Shown one piece after another: positions 9,278 through 17,402 of a DNA stretch of 23,415 bases. The notes below the pieces were generated by a model. The model saw only the letters and a list, made by a program, of their open reading frames with translations, searched no databases and was not told where the DNA came from. Positions within the stretch are counted from its first letter, which is position 1. The number at the start of each line of letters is the position of its first letter. The DNA is from a virus (lineage: Duplodnaviria > Heunggongvirae > Uroviricota > Caudoviricetes), in the IMG/VR virus record IMGVR_UViG_2690316068_000003. One strand, 5' to 3'. A program made the position numbers and the translations under genes.

Positions 9278-9913
9278 ATGAACACTCTCGCAAATATTCA
9301 GGAAATCGCGCGCGCACTGCGCAACATGATCCGCACCGGCCTTGTCGTCGAAACCGACCTTAACGCCGGTCGCTGCCGTGTGCAGACCGGCGGCATGTGC
9401 ACCGACTGGCTTCAGTGGCTGACCCATCGCGCCGGGCGTTCGCGCACATGGTGGGCACCTTCCGTGGGGGAGCAGGTGCTGATTCTGGCCGTGGGCGGTG
9501 AACTTGACACGGCGTTTGTTCTGCCGGGGATTTATTCCGGCGATAACCCCGCGCCGTCTGCATCGGCGGATGCCCTGCATATCCGTTTCCCTGACGGGGC
9601 GGTGATTGAGTATGAACCCGAAACCAGTGCACTCACGGTAAGCGGAATTAAAACGGCCAGCGTGACGGCTTCTGATTCTGTTACTGCCACGGTGCCGGTG
9701 GTCACGGTGAAAGCATCAACCCGCGTCACCCTGGACACACCGGAGGTGGTCTGCACCAACAGGCTGATTACCGGCACGCTGGAAGTGCAGAAGGGCGGGA
9801 CGATGCGCGGCAACATTGAACACACCGGCGGTGAACTCTCATCAAACGGTAAGGTACTGCATACCCATAAACACCCCGGCGACAGCGGCGGCACAACCGG
9901 GAGTCCTCTATGA
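9278..9913 (+). CDS. V: Baseplate spike/hub protein, P2 gpV-like, 211 aa
   Basis: ATG 9278. Matches P2 V as recalled. Stop overlaps the W start (ATGA). Confidence 0.92.
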   Translation: MNTLANIQEIARALRNMIRTGLVVETDLNAGRCRVQTGGMCTDWLQWLTHRAGRSRTWWAPSVGEQVLILAVGGELDTAFVLPGIYSGDNPAPSASADALHIRFPDGAVIEYEPETSALTVSGIKTASVTASDSVTATVPVVTVKASTRVTLDTPEVVCTNRLITGTLEVQKGGTMRGNIEHTGGELSSNGKVLHTHKHPGDSGGTTGSPL

Positions 9914-10257
9914 CAGCGCGTTATCTCGGAATGAATCGCAGTGATGGCCTGACTGTCACTGACCTTGAGCATATCAGCCAGAGTATCGGCGATATCCTGC
10001 GCACACCGGTCGGCTCACGGGTGATGCGTCGTGATTACGGCTCGTTGCTGGCGTCAATGATTGACCAGCCGCAGACTCCGGCGCTTGAGTTGCAGATTAA
10101 GGTCGCCTGTTACATGGCGGTGCTGAAATGGGATCCCCGCGTCACCCTGTCATCCGTCACCACTGAGCGCAGTTTTGACGGGCGAATGACTGTCACTTTG
10201 ACCGGCCAGCACAACGACACCAGCCAGCCACTTTCGTTAACCATCCCTGTGAGTTGA
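9910..10257 (+). CDS. W: Baseplate wedge protein, P2 gpW-like (gp25 family), 115 aa
   Basis: P2 order and length. Confidence 0.9.
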   Translation: MTARYLGMNRSDGLTVTDLEHISQSIGDILRTPVGSRVMRRDYGSLLASMIDQPQTPALELQIKVACYMAVLKWDPRVTLSSVTTERSFDGRMTVTLTGQHNDTSQPLSLTIPVS

Positions 10258-10261
10258 AACC

Positions 10262-11170
10262 ATGCCGATTATCGACCTGAACCAGCTACCCGCACCGGAT
10301 GTGGTCGAGGAGCTGGACTTTGAAACCATTCTTGCCGAACGCAAGGCGACACTGATTTCCCTTTACCCGGAAGACCAGCAGGAGGCGGTTGCCCGTACCC
10401 TGACGCTGGAATCTGAGCCTCTCGTCAAACTGCTGGAGGAAAATGCTTATCGTGAGCTTATCTGGCGTCAGCGTGTGAATGAGGCCGCACGGGCGGTAAT
10501 GCTGGCCTGTGCCGCCGGTAATGACCTTGATGTGATTGGTGCCAATTACAACACCACGCGCCTGATTATCACCCCGGCAGATGATTCGACTATCCCGCCG
10601 ACACCGGCAGTGATGGAATCTGACACGGATTATCGTCTGCGTATTCAGCAGGCGTTTGAAGGTTTAAGCGTCGCCGGGTCAGTGGGAGCCTATCAGTATC
10701 ATGGTCGTAGTGCCGACGGGCGTGTCGCGGATATCTCTGTTACCAGTCCGTCTCCGGCCTGCGTCACCATCTCTGTGCTGTCACGTGAAAATAACGGTGT
10801 CGCATCCGAAGACCTGCTGGCGGTGGTGCGTAACGCCCTTAATGGCGAGGACGTCAGGCCGGTGGCCGACCGCGTGACCGTGCAGTCTGCCGCCATCGTT
10901 GAATACCAGATAAACGCCACGCTTTACCTTTACCCTGGTCCCGAAAGCGAACCCATACGCGCTGCCGCCGTGAAAAAACTGGAAGCGTACATCACGGCAC
11001 AGCACCGGCTGGGGCGCGACATCCGTCTGTCTGCCATTTATGCCGCTTTGCATGTGGAAGGCGTGCAGCGTGTCGAGCTGGCCGCACCACTGGCCGACAT
11101 CGTGCTCAACAGTACGCAGGCGTCTTTCTGTACCGAATACCGCGTCGTGACCGGAGGCTCGGATGAGTGA
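10262..11170 (+). CDS. J: Baseplate protein, P2 gpJ-like, 302 aa
   Basis: P2 order and length. ATG 10262. Confidence 0.92.
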   Translation: MPIIDLNQLPAPDVVEELDFETILAERKATLISLYPEDQQEAVARTLTLESEPLVKLLEENAYRELIWRQRVNEAARAVMLACAAGNDLDVIGANYNTTRLIITPADDSTIPPTPAVMESDTDYRLRIQQAFEGLSVAGSVGAYQYHGRSADGRVADISVTSPSPACVTISVLSRENNGVASEDLLAVVRNALNGEDVRPVADRVTVQSAAIVEYQINATLYLYPGPESEPIRAAAVKKLEAYITAQHRLGRDIRLSAIYAALHVEGVQRVELAAPLADIVLNSTQASFCTEYRVVTGGSDE

Positions 11171-11693
11171 TTCGCGACTGCTGCCGACCGGCTCATCACC
11201 GCTTGAGGTCGCCGCCGCAAAAGCCTGTGCGGAAATTGAAAAAACACCGGTCAGTATTCGTGAGCTGTGGAACCCGGACTCCTGTCCGGCAAATCTGCTG
11301 CCGTGGCTGGCGTGGGCGTTTTCGGTCGACAGATGGGATGAAAAGTGGCCGGAAGCGACAAAACGCGCTGTTATCCGCGATGCCTATTTCATCCACTGTC
11401 ATAAAGGCACTATAGGTGCAATCCGGCGTGTGGTGGAGCCGCTGGGCTATCTCATCAACGTGACGGAGTGGTGGGAAACCAGTGACCCGCCGGGCACCTT
11501 CCGGCTTGATATTGGTGTACTGGAAAGTGGCATCACAGAGGCAATGTATCAGGAAATGGAACGGCTGATTGCTGATGCCAAACCTGCAAGCCGCCACCTT
11601 ATTGGCCTGAACATTACCCGGGACATTCCCGGCTACCTGTTCGCCGGTGGTGTGGCTTACGACGGCGATGTAATTACGGTTTACCCCGGATAA
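11163..11693 (+). CDS. I: Baseplate protein, P2 gpI-like, 176 aa
   Basis: Overlaps the J 3' end by 8 nt. P2 order and length. Confidence 0.9.
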   Translation: MSDSRLLPTGSSPLEVAAAKACAEIEKTPVSIRELWNPDSCPANLLPWLAWAFSVDRWDEKWPEATKRAVIRDAYFIHCHKGTIGAIRRVVEPLGYLINVTEWWETSDPPGTFRLDIGVLESGITEAMYQEMERLIADAKPASRHLIGLNITRDIPGYLFAGGVAYDGDVITVYPG

Positions 11694-11703
11694 GTGAGGA
11701 ATA

Positions 11704-13998
11704 ATGAGCACAAAATTCAAAACCGTTATCACCACTGCCGGTGCAGCAAAGCTGGCAGCGGCAACCGCACCGGGAGGGCGGAAGGTCAACATTACCACGA
11801 TGGCCGTCGGGGATGGCGGTGGTAAATTGCCTGTCCCGGATGCCGGACAGACCGGGCTTATCCACGAAGTCTGGCGACATACGCTGAACAAAATCAGCCA
11901 GGACAAACGAAACAGTAATTATATTATCGCAGAGCTGGTTATTCCGCCGGAGGTGGGCGGTTTCTGGATGCGTGAGCTTGGCCTGTACGATGATGCGGGA
12001 ACGTTAATTGCCGTGGCGAACATGGCCGAAAGTTATAAGCCAGCTCTTGCCGAAGGCTCAGGGCGTTCGCAGACCTGTCGCATGGTCATCATCGTCAGCA
12101 GTGTGGCCTCGGTGGAGCTGACCATTGACACCACAACGGTGATGGCGACACAGGATTACGTTGATGACAAAATTGCAGAGCACGAACAGTCACGACGTCA
12201 CCCGGACGCCTCGCTGACCGCCAAAGGTTTTACTCAGTTAAGCAGTGCGACCAACAGCACGTCTGAAACACTGGCCGCAACGCCGAAAGCGGTAAAGGCC
12301 GCGTATGACCTTGCTAACGGGAAATATACTGCGCAGGATGCCACCACAGCGCGAAAAGGTCTTGTCCAGCTCAGTAGTGCCACCAACAGCACGTCTGAAA
12401 CGCTCGCCGCAACACCAAAAGCGGTAAAGGCCGCGTATGACCTTGCTAACGGGAAATACACTGCACAGGACGCCACCACAGCGCGAAAAGGTCTTGTCCA
12501 GCTCAGTAGCGTCACCAACAGCGATTCTGAAACGCTTGCGGCAACACCAAAGGCGGTTAAGACAGCGTATGACCTTGCTAACGGGAAATACACTGCACAG
12601 GATGCCACCACGGCGCGAAAAGGTCTTGTCCAGCTCAGTAGCGCCACCAACAGTGATTCTGAAACCCTCGCGGCAACGCCAAAAGCAGTGAAGTCTGCCT
12701 ATGACAATGCTGAAAAACGTCTTCAGAAAGATCAGAACGGTGCGGATATTCCGGGAAAGGATACCTTCACGAAAAATATCGGTGCCTGTCGTGCTTATAG
12801 CGGCGCTTTGAGCACTGAAGCCGGAAACTGGACAACCGCTCAGTTTATTGAATGGCTGGATTCCCGTGGTGCATTTAATCATCCGTACTGGATGTGCAAA
12901 GGCTCCTGGTCATATGCAAATAACAAAATCATTACGGATACCGGATGTGGTGATATCCACCTGGCTGGTTGTGTCGTCGAGGTCATGGGAACTAAATCTG
13001 CAATCACTATCCGAGTGACCACGCCGACAACATCAAGTGGTGGCGGTACAACCAGCGCGCAATTCACTTACATTAATCATGGGGACGGCTACTCCCCCGG
13101 CTGGCGTCGTGACTGGAATCGTCAGGGCGACTCAATGACCGGAACGATTAATCAGGATGGCGGAAGCCAGAATGCCTATATGTCTACGGCCTTATGTTCA
13201 GGCACCAGAGGCGGCAAAAAATATCTCAGAAAGTTTCGTGGTGGAGAAGGAGACACTATCTGGCATGAAACAGTACAGGGCGGGGTAGTTCGCTGGGCGA
13301 CTGGTAATACTGATGCTCAGGAAGAATTATCACTCAGCTCCGCTTATGGTCTCCGTTCAAGAGGTGAGATTACATCACTCAGTGCTAATGGTCTGCGCAT
13401 TGCTTATGGCAATTATGGATTCTTTATCAGGAATGATGGCAGCAGCACTTATTTTATGTTGACTAAATCAGGTGACAGATTAGGTACTTATAATAATTTA
13501 AGACCACTGATTATAAATGATGCCACGGGTGCTGTATCAATGGGGCATGGCCTGAGTGTTACTGGTGATATTGTCTCAAGTACCAAAGTACGTGCCGGTA
13601 GCGGGAAAAAATTCACGGTCAGCAGCAGTAATACATCCACGAAGGAAGCCGCATTCAATTTGTGGGGAAACTCAAGTCGTCCGGTGGTGGCTGAATTAGG
13701 TGATGATGCAGGCTGGCATTTTTACAGTCAGAGAAATACAGATAACAGCATCACTTTTGCTGTTAACGGTCAGGTATCACCATCTAACTATAGTAATTTT
13801 GATTCCCGTTATGTACGCGATATCCGGCTTGGGACTCGAGTTGTCCAGACCATGCAGAAAGGGGTGATGTATGAGAAAGCAGGGCACGTAATTACCGGGC
13901 TTGGTATTGTCGGTGAAGTCGATGGTGATGACCCCGCAGTATTCAGACCAATACAAAAATACATCAATGGCACATGGTATAACGTCGCACAGGTGTAA
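11704..13998 (+). CDS. H: Tail fibre protein, P2 gpH-like but longer (764 aa), with a mosaic low-GC distal domain
   Basis: The GC-rich N-terminal part is P2 H-like. Contains four in-frame 44-aa repeats carrying the phage tail-fibre repeat motif (SETLAATPKAVK). The distal half is AT-rich (about 30% GC on a sampled line) and is presumably the receptor-binding domain. Confidence 0.9.
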   Translation: MSTKFKTVITTAGAAKLAAATAPGGRKVNITTMAVGDGGGKLPVPDAGQTGLIHEVWRHTLNKISQDKRNSNYIIAELVIPPEVGGFWMRELGLYDDAGTLIAVANMAESYKPALAEGSGRSQTCRMVIIVSSVASVELTIDTTTVMATQDYVDDKIAEHEQSRRHPDASLTAKGFTQLSSATNSTSETLAATPKAVKAAYDLANGKYTAQDATTARKGLVQLSSATNSTSETLAATPKAVKAAYDLANGKYTAQDATTARKGLVQLSSVTNSDSETLAATPKAVKTAYDLANGKYTAQDATTARKGLVQLSSATNSDSETLAATPKAVKSAYDNAEKRLQKDQNGADIPGKDTFTKNIGACRAYSGALSTEAGNWTTAQFIEWLDSRGAFNHPYWMCKGSWSYANNKIITDTGCGDIHLAGCVVEVMGTKSAITIRVTTPTTSSGGGTTSAQFTYINHGDGYSPGWRRDWNRQGDSMTGTINQDGGSQNAYMSTALCSGTRGGKKYLRKFRGGEGDTIWHETVQGGVVRWATGNTDAQEELSLSSAYGLRSRGEITSLSANGLRIAYGNYGFFIRNDGSSTYFMLTKSGDRLGTYNNLRPLIINDATGAVSMGHGLSVTGDIVSSTKVRAGSGKKFTVSSSNTSTKEAAFNLWGNSSRPVVAELGDDAGWHFYSQRNTDNSITFAVNGQVSPSNYSNFDSRYVRDIRLGTRVVQTMQKGVMYEKAGHVITGLGIVGEVDGDDPAVFRPIQKYINGTWYNVAQV
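12226..12704 (+). repeat. Tandem in-frame 132-bp repeats, about 3.6 copies, inside H
   Basis: Unit starts at 12226, 12358, 12490 and 12622, each beginning GGT (Gly). Encoded units are near-identical (GLVQLSSATNSTSETLAATPKAVKAAYDLANGKYTAQDATTARK). The minus-strand track ORFs 12234-12650 and 12238-12882 are mirror artefacts of this array. Confidence 0.9.
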
Positions 13999-14001
13999 TT
14001 T

Positions 14002-14529
14002 ATGCAACATTTAAAAAATATTACTGCGGGTAATCCAAAAACTGTTGCCCAATATCAACTGACAAAAAATTTTGATGTTATCTGGTTATGGTCCGAAGAG
14101 GGAAAAAACTGGTATGAGGAAGTAAGTAATTTTCAGGAGGACACGATAAAGATTGTTTACGACGAGAATAATATAATTGTCGGCATCACCAGAGATGCTT
14201 CAACGCTTAACCCTGAAGGTTTTAGCGTTGTCGAGGTTCCTGATATTACCGCCAACCGACGTGCTGATGACTCAGGTAAATGGATGTTTAAGGATGGTGC
14301 CGTGATTAAGCGGATTTATACGGCAGACGAACAGCAGCAACTGGCAGAATCACAAAAGGCAACTTTGCTTTCCGAAGCCGAATCCGTGATTTTGCCGCTG
14401 GAGCGCGCTGTCAGGCTGAATATGGCAACAGATGAGGAACGCAGCCGACTGGAAGCATGGGAACGCTACAGCGTTCTGGTCAGCCGTGTGGATCCTGCAA
14501 ATCCTGAATGGCCGGAAATGCCGCAATAA
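14002..14529 (+). CDS. G: Tail fibre assembly chaperone, P2 gpG-like (Tfa family), 175 aa
   Basis: Immediately after H. The C-terminal ...[25 protein letters not shown] is Tfa-like. The 5' two-thirds is AT-rich and the 3' third is GC-rich. Confidence 0.85.
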   Translation: MQHLKNITAGNPKTVAQYQLTKNFDVIWLWSEEGKNWYEEVSNFQEDTIKIVYDENNIIVGITRDASTLNPEGFSVVEVPDITANRRADDSGKWMFKDGAVIKRIYTADEQQQLAESQKATLLSEAESVILPLERAVRLNMATDEERSRLEAWERYSVLVSRVDPANPEWPEMPQ

Positions 14530-14564
14530 GTTGTATAAGCTCTGGTGTGAGATTACATATCTAT

Positions 14565-14604
14565 GGCACAGAGTAAAGCCTAATCTGATAGGCCGCTCTG
14601 TGTC
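14565..14604 (+). other. Stem-loop downstream of G (9-bp stem with one G-U pair, about 22-nt loop with an internal GCCT/AGGC mini-stem)
   Basis: GGCACAGAG at 14565-14573 pairs with CTCTGTGTC at 14596-14604. There is no clean U-tract, so it is not a canonical intrinsic terminator. Confidence 0.3.
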
Positions 14605-14644
14605 TGGAGTAGATTTTAGTAAAGCATTATTTTATTAGTGCAAA

Positions 14645-14673
14645 TTCTAAACAATACATTTTATGTATATGAT
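14645..14673 (+). promoter_or_regulatory. Putative sigma70-type promoter for the cargo ORF
   Basis: TTCTAA at 14645-14650, a 17-bp spacer, then TATGAT at 14668-14673, in an AT-rich context about 80 nt upstream of ATG 14751. The -35 is weak and the call is by eye only. Confidence 0.2.
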
Positions 14674-14750
14674 ATCCTGCGGACTTTAATGACTTGGTTT
14701 AGGCTAACCAGATAACACTGAAGGAATATTTTTGATAATTAAGGTGCGGT

Positions 14751-15344
14751 ATGTTTACTAAGCGACGATTAAAAAATATTAATTGGGAGGCAAGTTCAGT
14801 GATTCTTGCTATGGTTCTCTTTGCTGGAAATATATTTTATACAAATCATCGTGATGATATAAGCATGGAGGCTGAGAGAGACAGTATCAGAACAATGTTT
14901 GCATATGAAATCGCTAATAACCATCGCGCTCTCACCTTTCTTGATAAAACGAGAAATATTGGCTTTGACGAAAATTCGGAGCATTTTGTTGGCGAGCCTT
15001 TTGCCATTAATGTCAAATCATTAGGAGGGCCTCGCTTACAGGTTGCATTAAACCAGACTGATAAAGTTTTTAAAGCCTACTTCAGTGAATTAAGTAAACT
15101 TGATAAAGAGGATGTTACTCTTCTTATGGACTATTACCATGAGCAAAGCATCCTGCTGGAGTGTGTAAAATCTACGTTACAGAAGATGAAAAGCAATAAT
15201 GATATTAAAGTTGATATTGATGGTTACTTATTAGAAGAACACTTCATGAATGAGTTTAATCTTTCTAATATTTTGCTTAAACGCTATAGCCATTTGTTGT
15301 CACAACACCTCAAAAAACCTGAAACAAAAGATTTACATAATTGA
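14751..15344 (+). CDS. Hypothetical membrane-anchored protein (197 aa), cargo gene in the G-FI accessory slot; candidate phage-exclusion/defence protein
   Basis: ATG 14751 with AAGGTG 4 nt upstream. Sampled 60-nt lines give 25-40% GC against about 60% in FI. Basic N-terminus (KRRLK) followed by one hydrophobic helix (SSVILAMVLFAGNIFY), then a charged, probably helical domain of about 165 aa with no motif I recognise. Confidence 0.7.
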   Translation: MFTKRRLKNINWEASSVILAMVLFAGNIFYTNHRDDISMEAERDSIRTMFAYEIANNHRALTFLDKTRNIGFDENSEHFVGEPFAINVKSLGGPRLQVALNQTDKVFKAYFSELSKLDKEDVTLLMDYYHEQSILLECVKSTLQKMKSNNDIKVDIDGYLLEEHFMNEFNLSNILLKRYSHLLSQHLKKPETKDLHN

Positions 15345-15550
15345 TGATCTGCTAATGGTTATTCATGGGATAACTATGTTTTATATGTAATCCAACTCAG
15401 ATGAATTATTGATTCTGGATAATAACCGCAGAGCGGCATATACCCTGACAGGCAAATGTCCGCTTCTTGCTCAAAGCAGACTGTCAGATTTGATAACTTT
15501 TGGGTTATGTAAATTGTCAGGCGGAAAATGAGTGAGTACAAATCAGGACA

Positions 15551-15577
15551 GGCGGGCGAATTGCCCGCCTTTTCTTT
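15551..15577 (+). terminator. Rho-independent terminator downstream of the cargo ORF
   Basis: GGCGGGC (15551-15557), loop GAATT, GCCCGCC (15563-15569), then TTTTCTTT. Confidence 0.6.
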
Positions 15578-15673
15578 ATCTGTTGTTTCATCCACTGACC
15601 AGCCAGGTCAAATAGCGTCTTATGCTCTGCACAACAGAAAATAGTTGCACCCATTAACCACGGAGTTAAACGG
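15578..15673 (+). promoter_or_regulatory. Region upstream of FI expected to carry the late promoter (P2 P_F equivalent)
   Basis: Positional inference from P2 operon structure. I could not identify a perfect TGT-N12-ACA box. GGAG at 15662-15665 serves as the FI RBS. Confidence 0.3.
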
Positions 15674-16864
15674 ATGAGTGACTATCATCATGGCGTGCAG
15701 GTGCTGGAGATTAACGACGGCACCCGCGTCATTTCCACCGTATCCACGGCCATTGTCGGCATGGTCTGCACGGCCAGCGATGCGGATGCGGAAACCTTCC
15801 CCCTCAATAAACCGGTGCTGATTACCAATGTGCAGAGCGCAATTGCAAAGGCCGGTAAAAAAGGCACGCTGGCGGCGTCGTTACAGGCCATCGCAGACCA
15901 GTCAAAACCGGTCACCGTTGTTGTGCGCGTGGAAGACGGCACCGGCGACGACGAAGAAACGAAACTCGCGCAGACCGTTTCCAATATCATCGGCACCACC
16001 GACGAAAACGGTCAGTACACCGGACTAAAAGCCCTGCTGGCGGCGGAGTCGGTAACCGGTGTTAAACCGCGTATTCTCGGTGTGCCGGGACTGGATACCA
16101 AAGAGGTGGCTGTTGCACTGGCATCCGTCTGTCAGAAGCTGCGCGCTTTCGGATATATCAGCGCATGGGGCTGTAAGACCATTTCCGAGGTGAAAGCCTA
16201 CCGCCAGAATTTCAGCCAGCGTGAGCTGATGGTCATCTGGCCGGATTTCCTCGCATGGGATACGGTCACCAGTACCACCGCCACCGCGTATGCCACCGCC
16301 CGTGCGCTGGGTCTGCGCGCTAAAATCGACCAGGAGCAGGGCTGGCATAAAACGCTGTCCAACGTCGGGGTAAACGGTGTTACCGGCATCAGCGCATCTG
16401 TATTCTGGGATTTGCAGGAGTCCGGCACCGATGCTGACCTGCTTAACGAGTCAGGCGTCACTACGCTGATTCGCCGCGACGGTTTCCGATTCTGGGGTAA
16501 CCGTACCTGCTCTGATGACCCGCTGTTCCTCTTTGAAAACTACACCCGCACCGCGCAGGTGATGGCCGACACGATGGCTGAGGCGCACATGTGGGCGGTG
16601 GACAAGCCCATCACCGCAACGCTGATTCGCGACATCGTTGACGGCATCAATGCCAAATTCCGTGAGCTGAAAACAAACGGCTATATCGTGGATGCGACCT
16701 GCTGGTTCAGCGAAGAATCCAACGATGCGGAAACCCTCAAGGCCGGAAAACTGTATATCGACTACGACTATACCCCGGTGCCTCCTCTTGAAAACCTGAC
16801 CCTGCGCCAGCGTATTACCGATAAATACCTGGCAAATCTGGTCACCTCGGTTAACAGCAATTAA
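15674..16864 (+). CDS. FI: Tail sheath protein, P2 gpFI-like, 396 aa
   Basis: ATG 15674. P2 order and length; sequence matches P2 FI as recalled. Confidence 0.95.
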   Translation: MSDYHHGVQVLEINDGTRVISTVSTAIVGMVCTASDADAETFPLNKPVLITNVQSAIAKAGKKGTLAASLQAIADQSKPVTVVVRVEDGTGDDEETKLAQTVSNIIGTTDENGQYTGLKALLAAESVTGVKPRILGVPGLDTKEVAVALASVCQKLRAFGYISAWGCKTISEVKAYRQNFSQRELMVIWPDFLAWDTVTSTTATAYATARALGLRAKIDQEQGWHKTLSNVGVNGVTGISASVFWDLQESGTDADLLNESGVTTLIRRDGFRFWGNRTCSDDPLFLFENYTRTAQVMADTMAEAHMWAVDKPITATLIRDIVDGINAKFRELKTNGYIVDATCWFSEESNDAETLKAGKLYIDYDYTPVPPLENLTLRQRITDKYLANLVTSVNSN

Positions 16865-16876
16865 GGAGCCTGACCG

Positions 16877-17395
16877 ATGGCAATGCCGCGCAAACTCAAG
16901 TTAATGAACGTCTTTCTGAACGGCTACAGCTATCAGGGCGTTGCAAAGTCCGTCACGCTGCCAAAACTGACCCGTAAGCTCGAAAACTATCGCGGTGCGG
17001 GGATGAACGGCAGCGCACCGGTAGACCTCGGCCTTGATGACGATGCGCTGTCAATGGAGTGGTCGCTCGGGGGCTTCCCGGATTTGGTTATCTGGGAGCT
17101 TTACGCCGCAACCGGTGTGGATGCCGTGCCGATTCGTTTTGCAGGCTCTTACCAGCGCGACGATACCGGCGAAACGGTGGCCGTCGAAGTGGTCATGCGT
17201 GGACGTCAGAAAGAAATCGACACCGGCGAGGGCAAACAGGGAGAAGACACCGAGTCGAAAATCTCCGTGGTCTGTACCTATTTCCGGCTGACGATGGACG
17301 GTAAGGAGCTGGTCGAAATCGATACCATCAACATGATTGAGAAGGTGAACGGCGTCGACCGGCTGGAGCAACACCGCCGCAATATCGGCCTGTGA
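16877..17395 (+). CDS. FII: Tail tube protein, P2 gpFII-like, 172 aa
   Basis: ATG 16877 preceded by AGGAG. P2 order and length. Confidence 0.93.
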   Translation: MAMPRKLKLMNVFLNGYSYQGVAKSVTLPKLTRKLENYRGAGMNGSAPVDLGLDDDALSMEWSLGGFPDLVIWELYAATGVDAVPIRFAGSYQRDDTGETVAVEVVMRGRQKEIDTGEGKQGEDTESKISVVCTYFRLTMDGKELVEIDTINMIEKVNGVDRLEQHRRNIGL

Positions 17396-17402
17396 TTTTC
17401 AT

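Noticed and set aside
12234-12882. Minus-strand ORFs 12234-12650 and 12238-12882 with internally repeated protein sequence; also a possible CRISPR-like array.
   Set aside because: They are the reverse-strand shadow of the in-frame 132-bp tandem repeats of H. The repeats are contiguous coding units with no unique spacers and no leader or cas context, so this is not a CRISPR array.
11704-14529. A tail-fibre inversion switch (Gin/Cin/Min-type invertible segment with alternative fibre C-termini).
   Set aside because: There is no invertase gene, no inverted duplicate of the H 3' end or of G, and no crossover-site inverted repeats flanking the fibre region.
14432-14638. 68-aa plus-strand ORF overlapping the 3' end of G.
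   Set aside because: It is out of frame with G, has no RBS, and runs from GC-rich G coding sequence into the AT-rich intergenic region. It is most likely spurious.
15374-15595. 73-aa minus-strand ORF in the cargo island tail, as a possible second gene of a two-gene system.
   Set aside because: It starts with GTG inside the plus-strand terminator hairpin and has no RBS. Its composition looks like antisense of non-coding DNA. It is kept only as a remnant possibility under the 15345-15550 finding.
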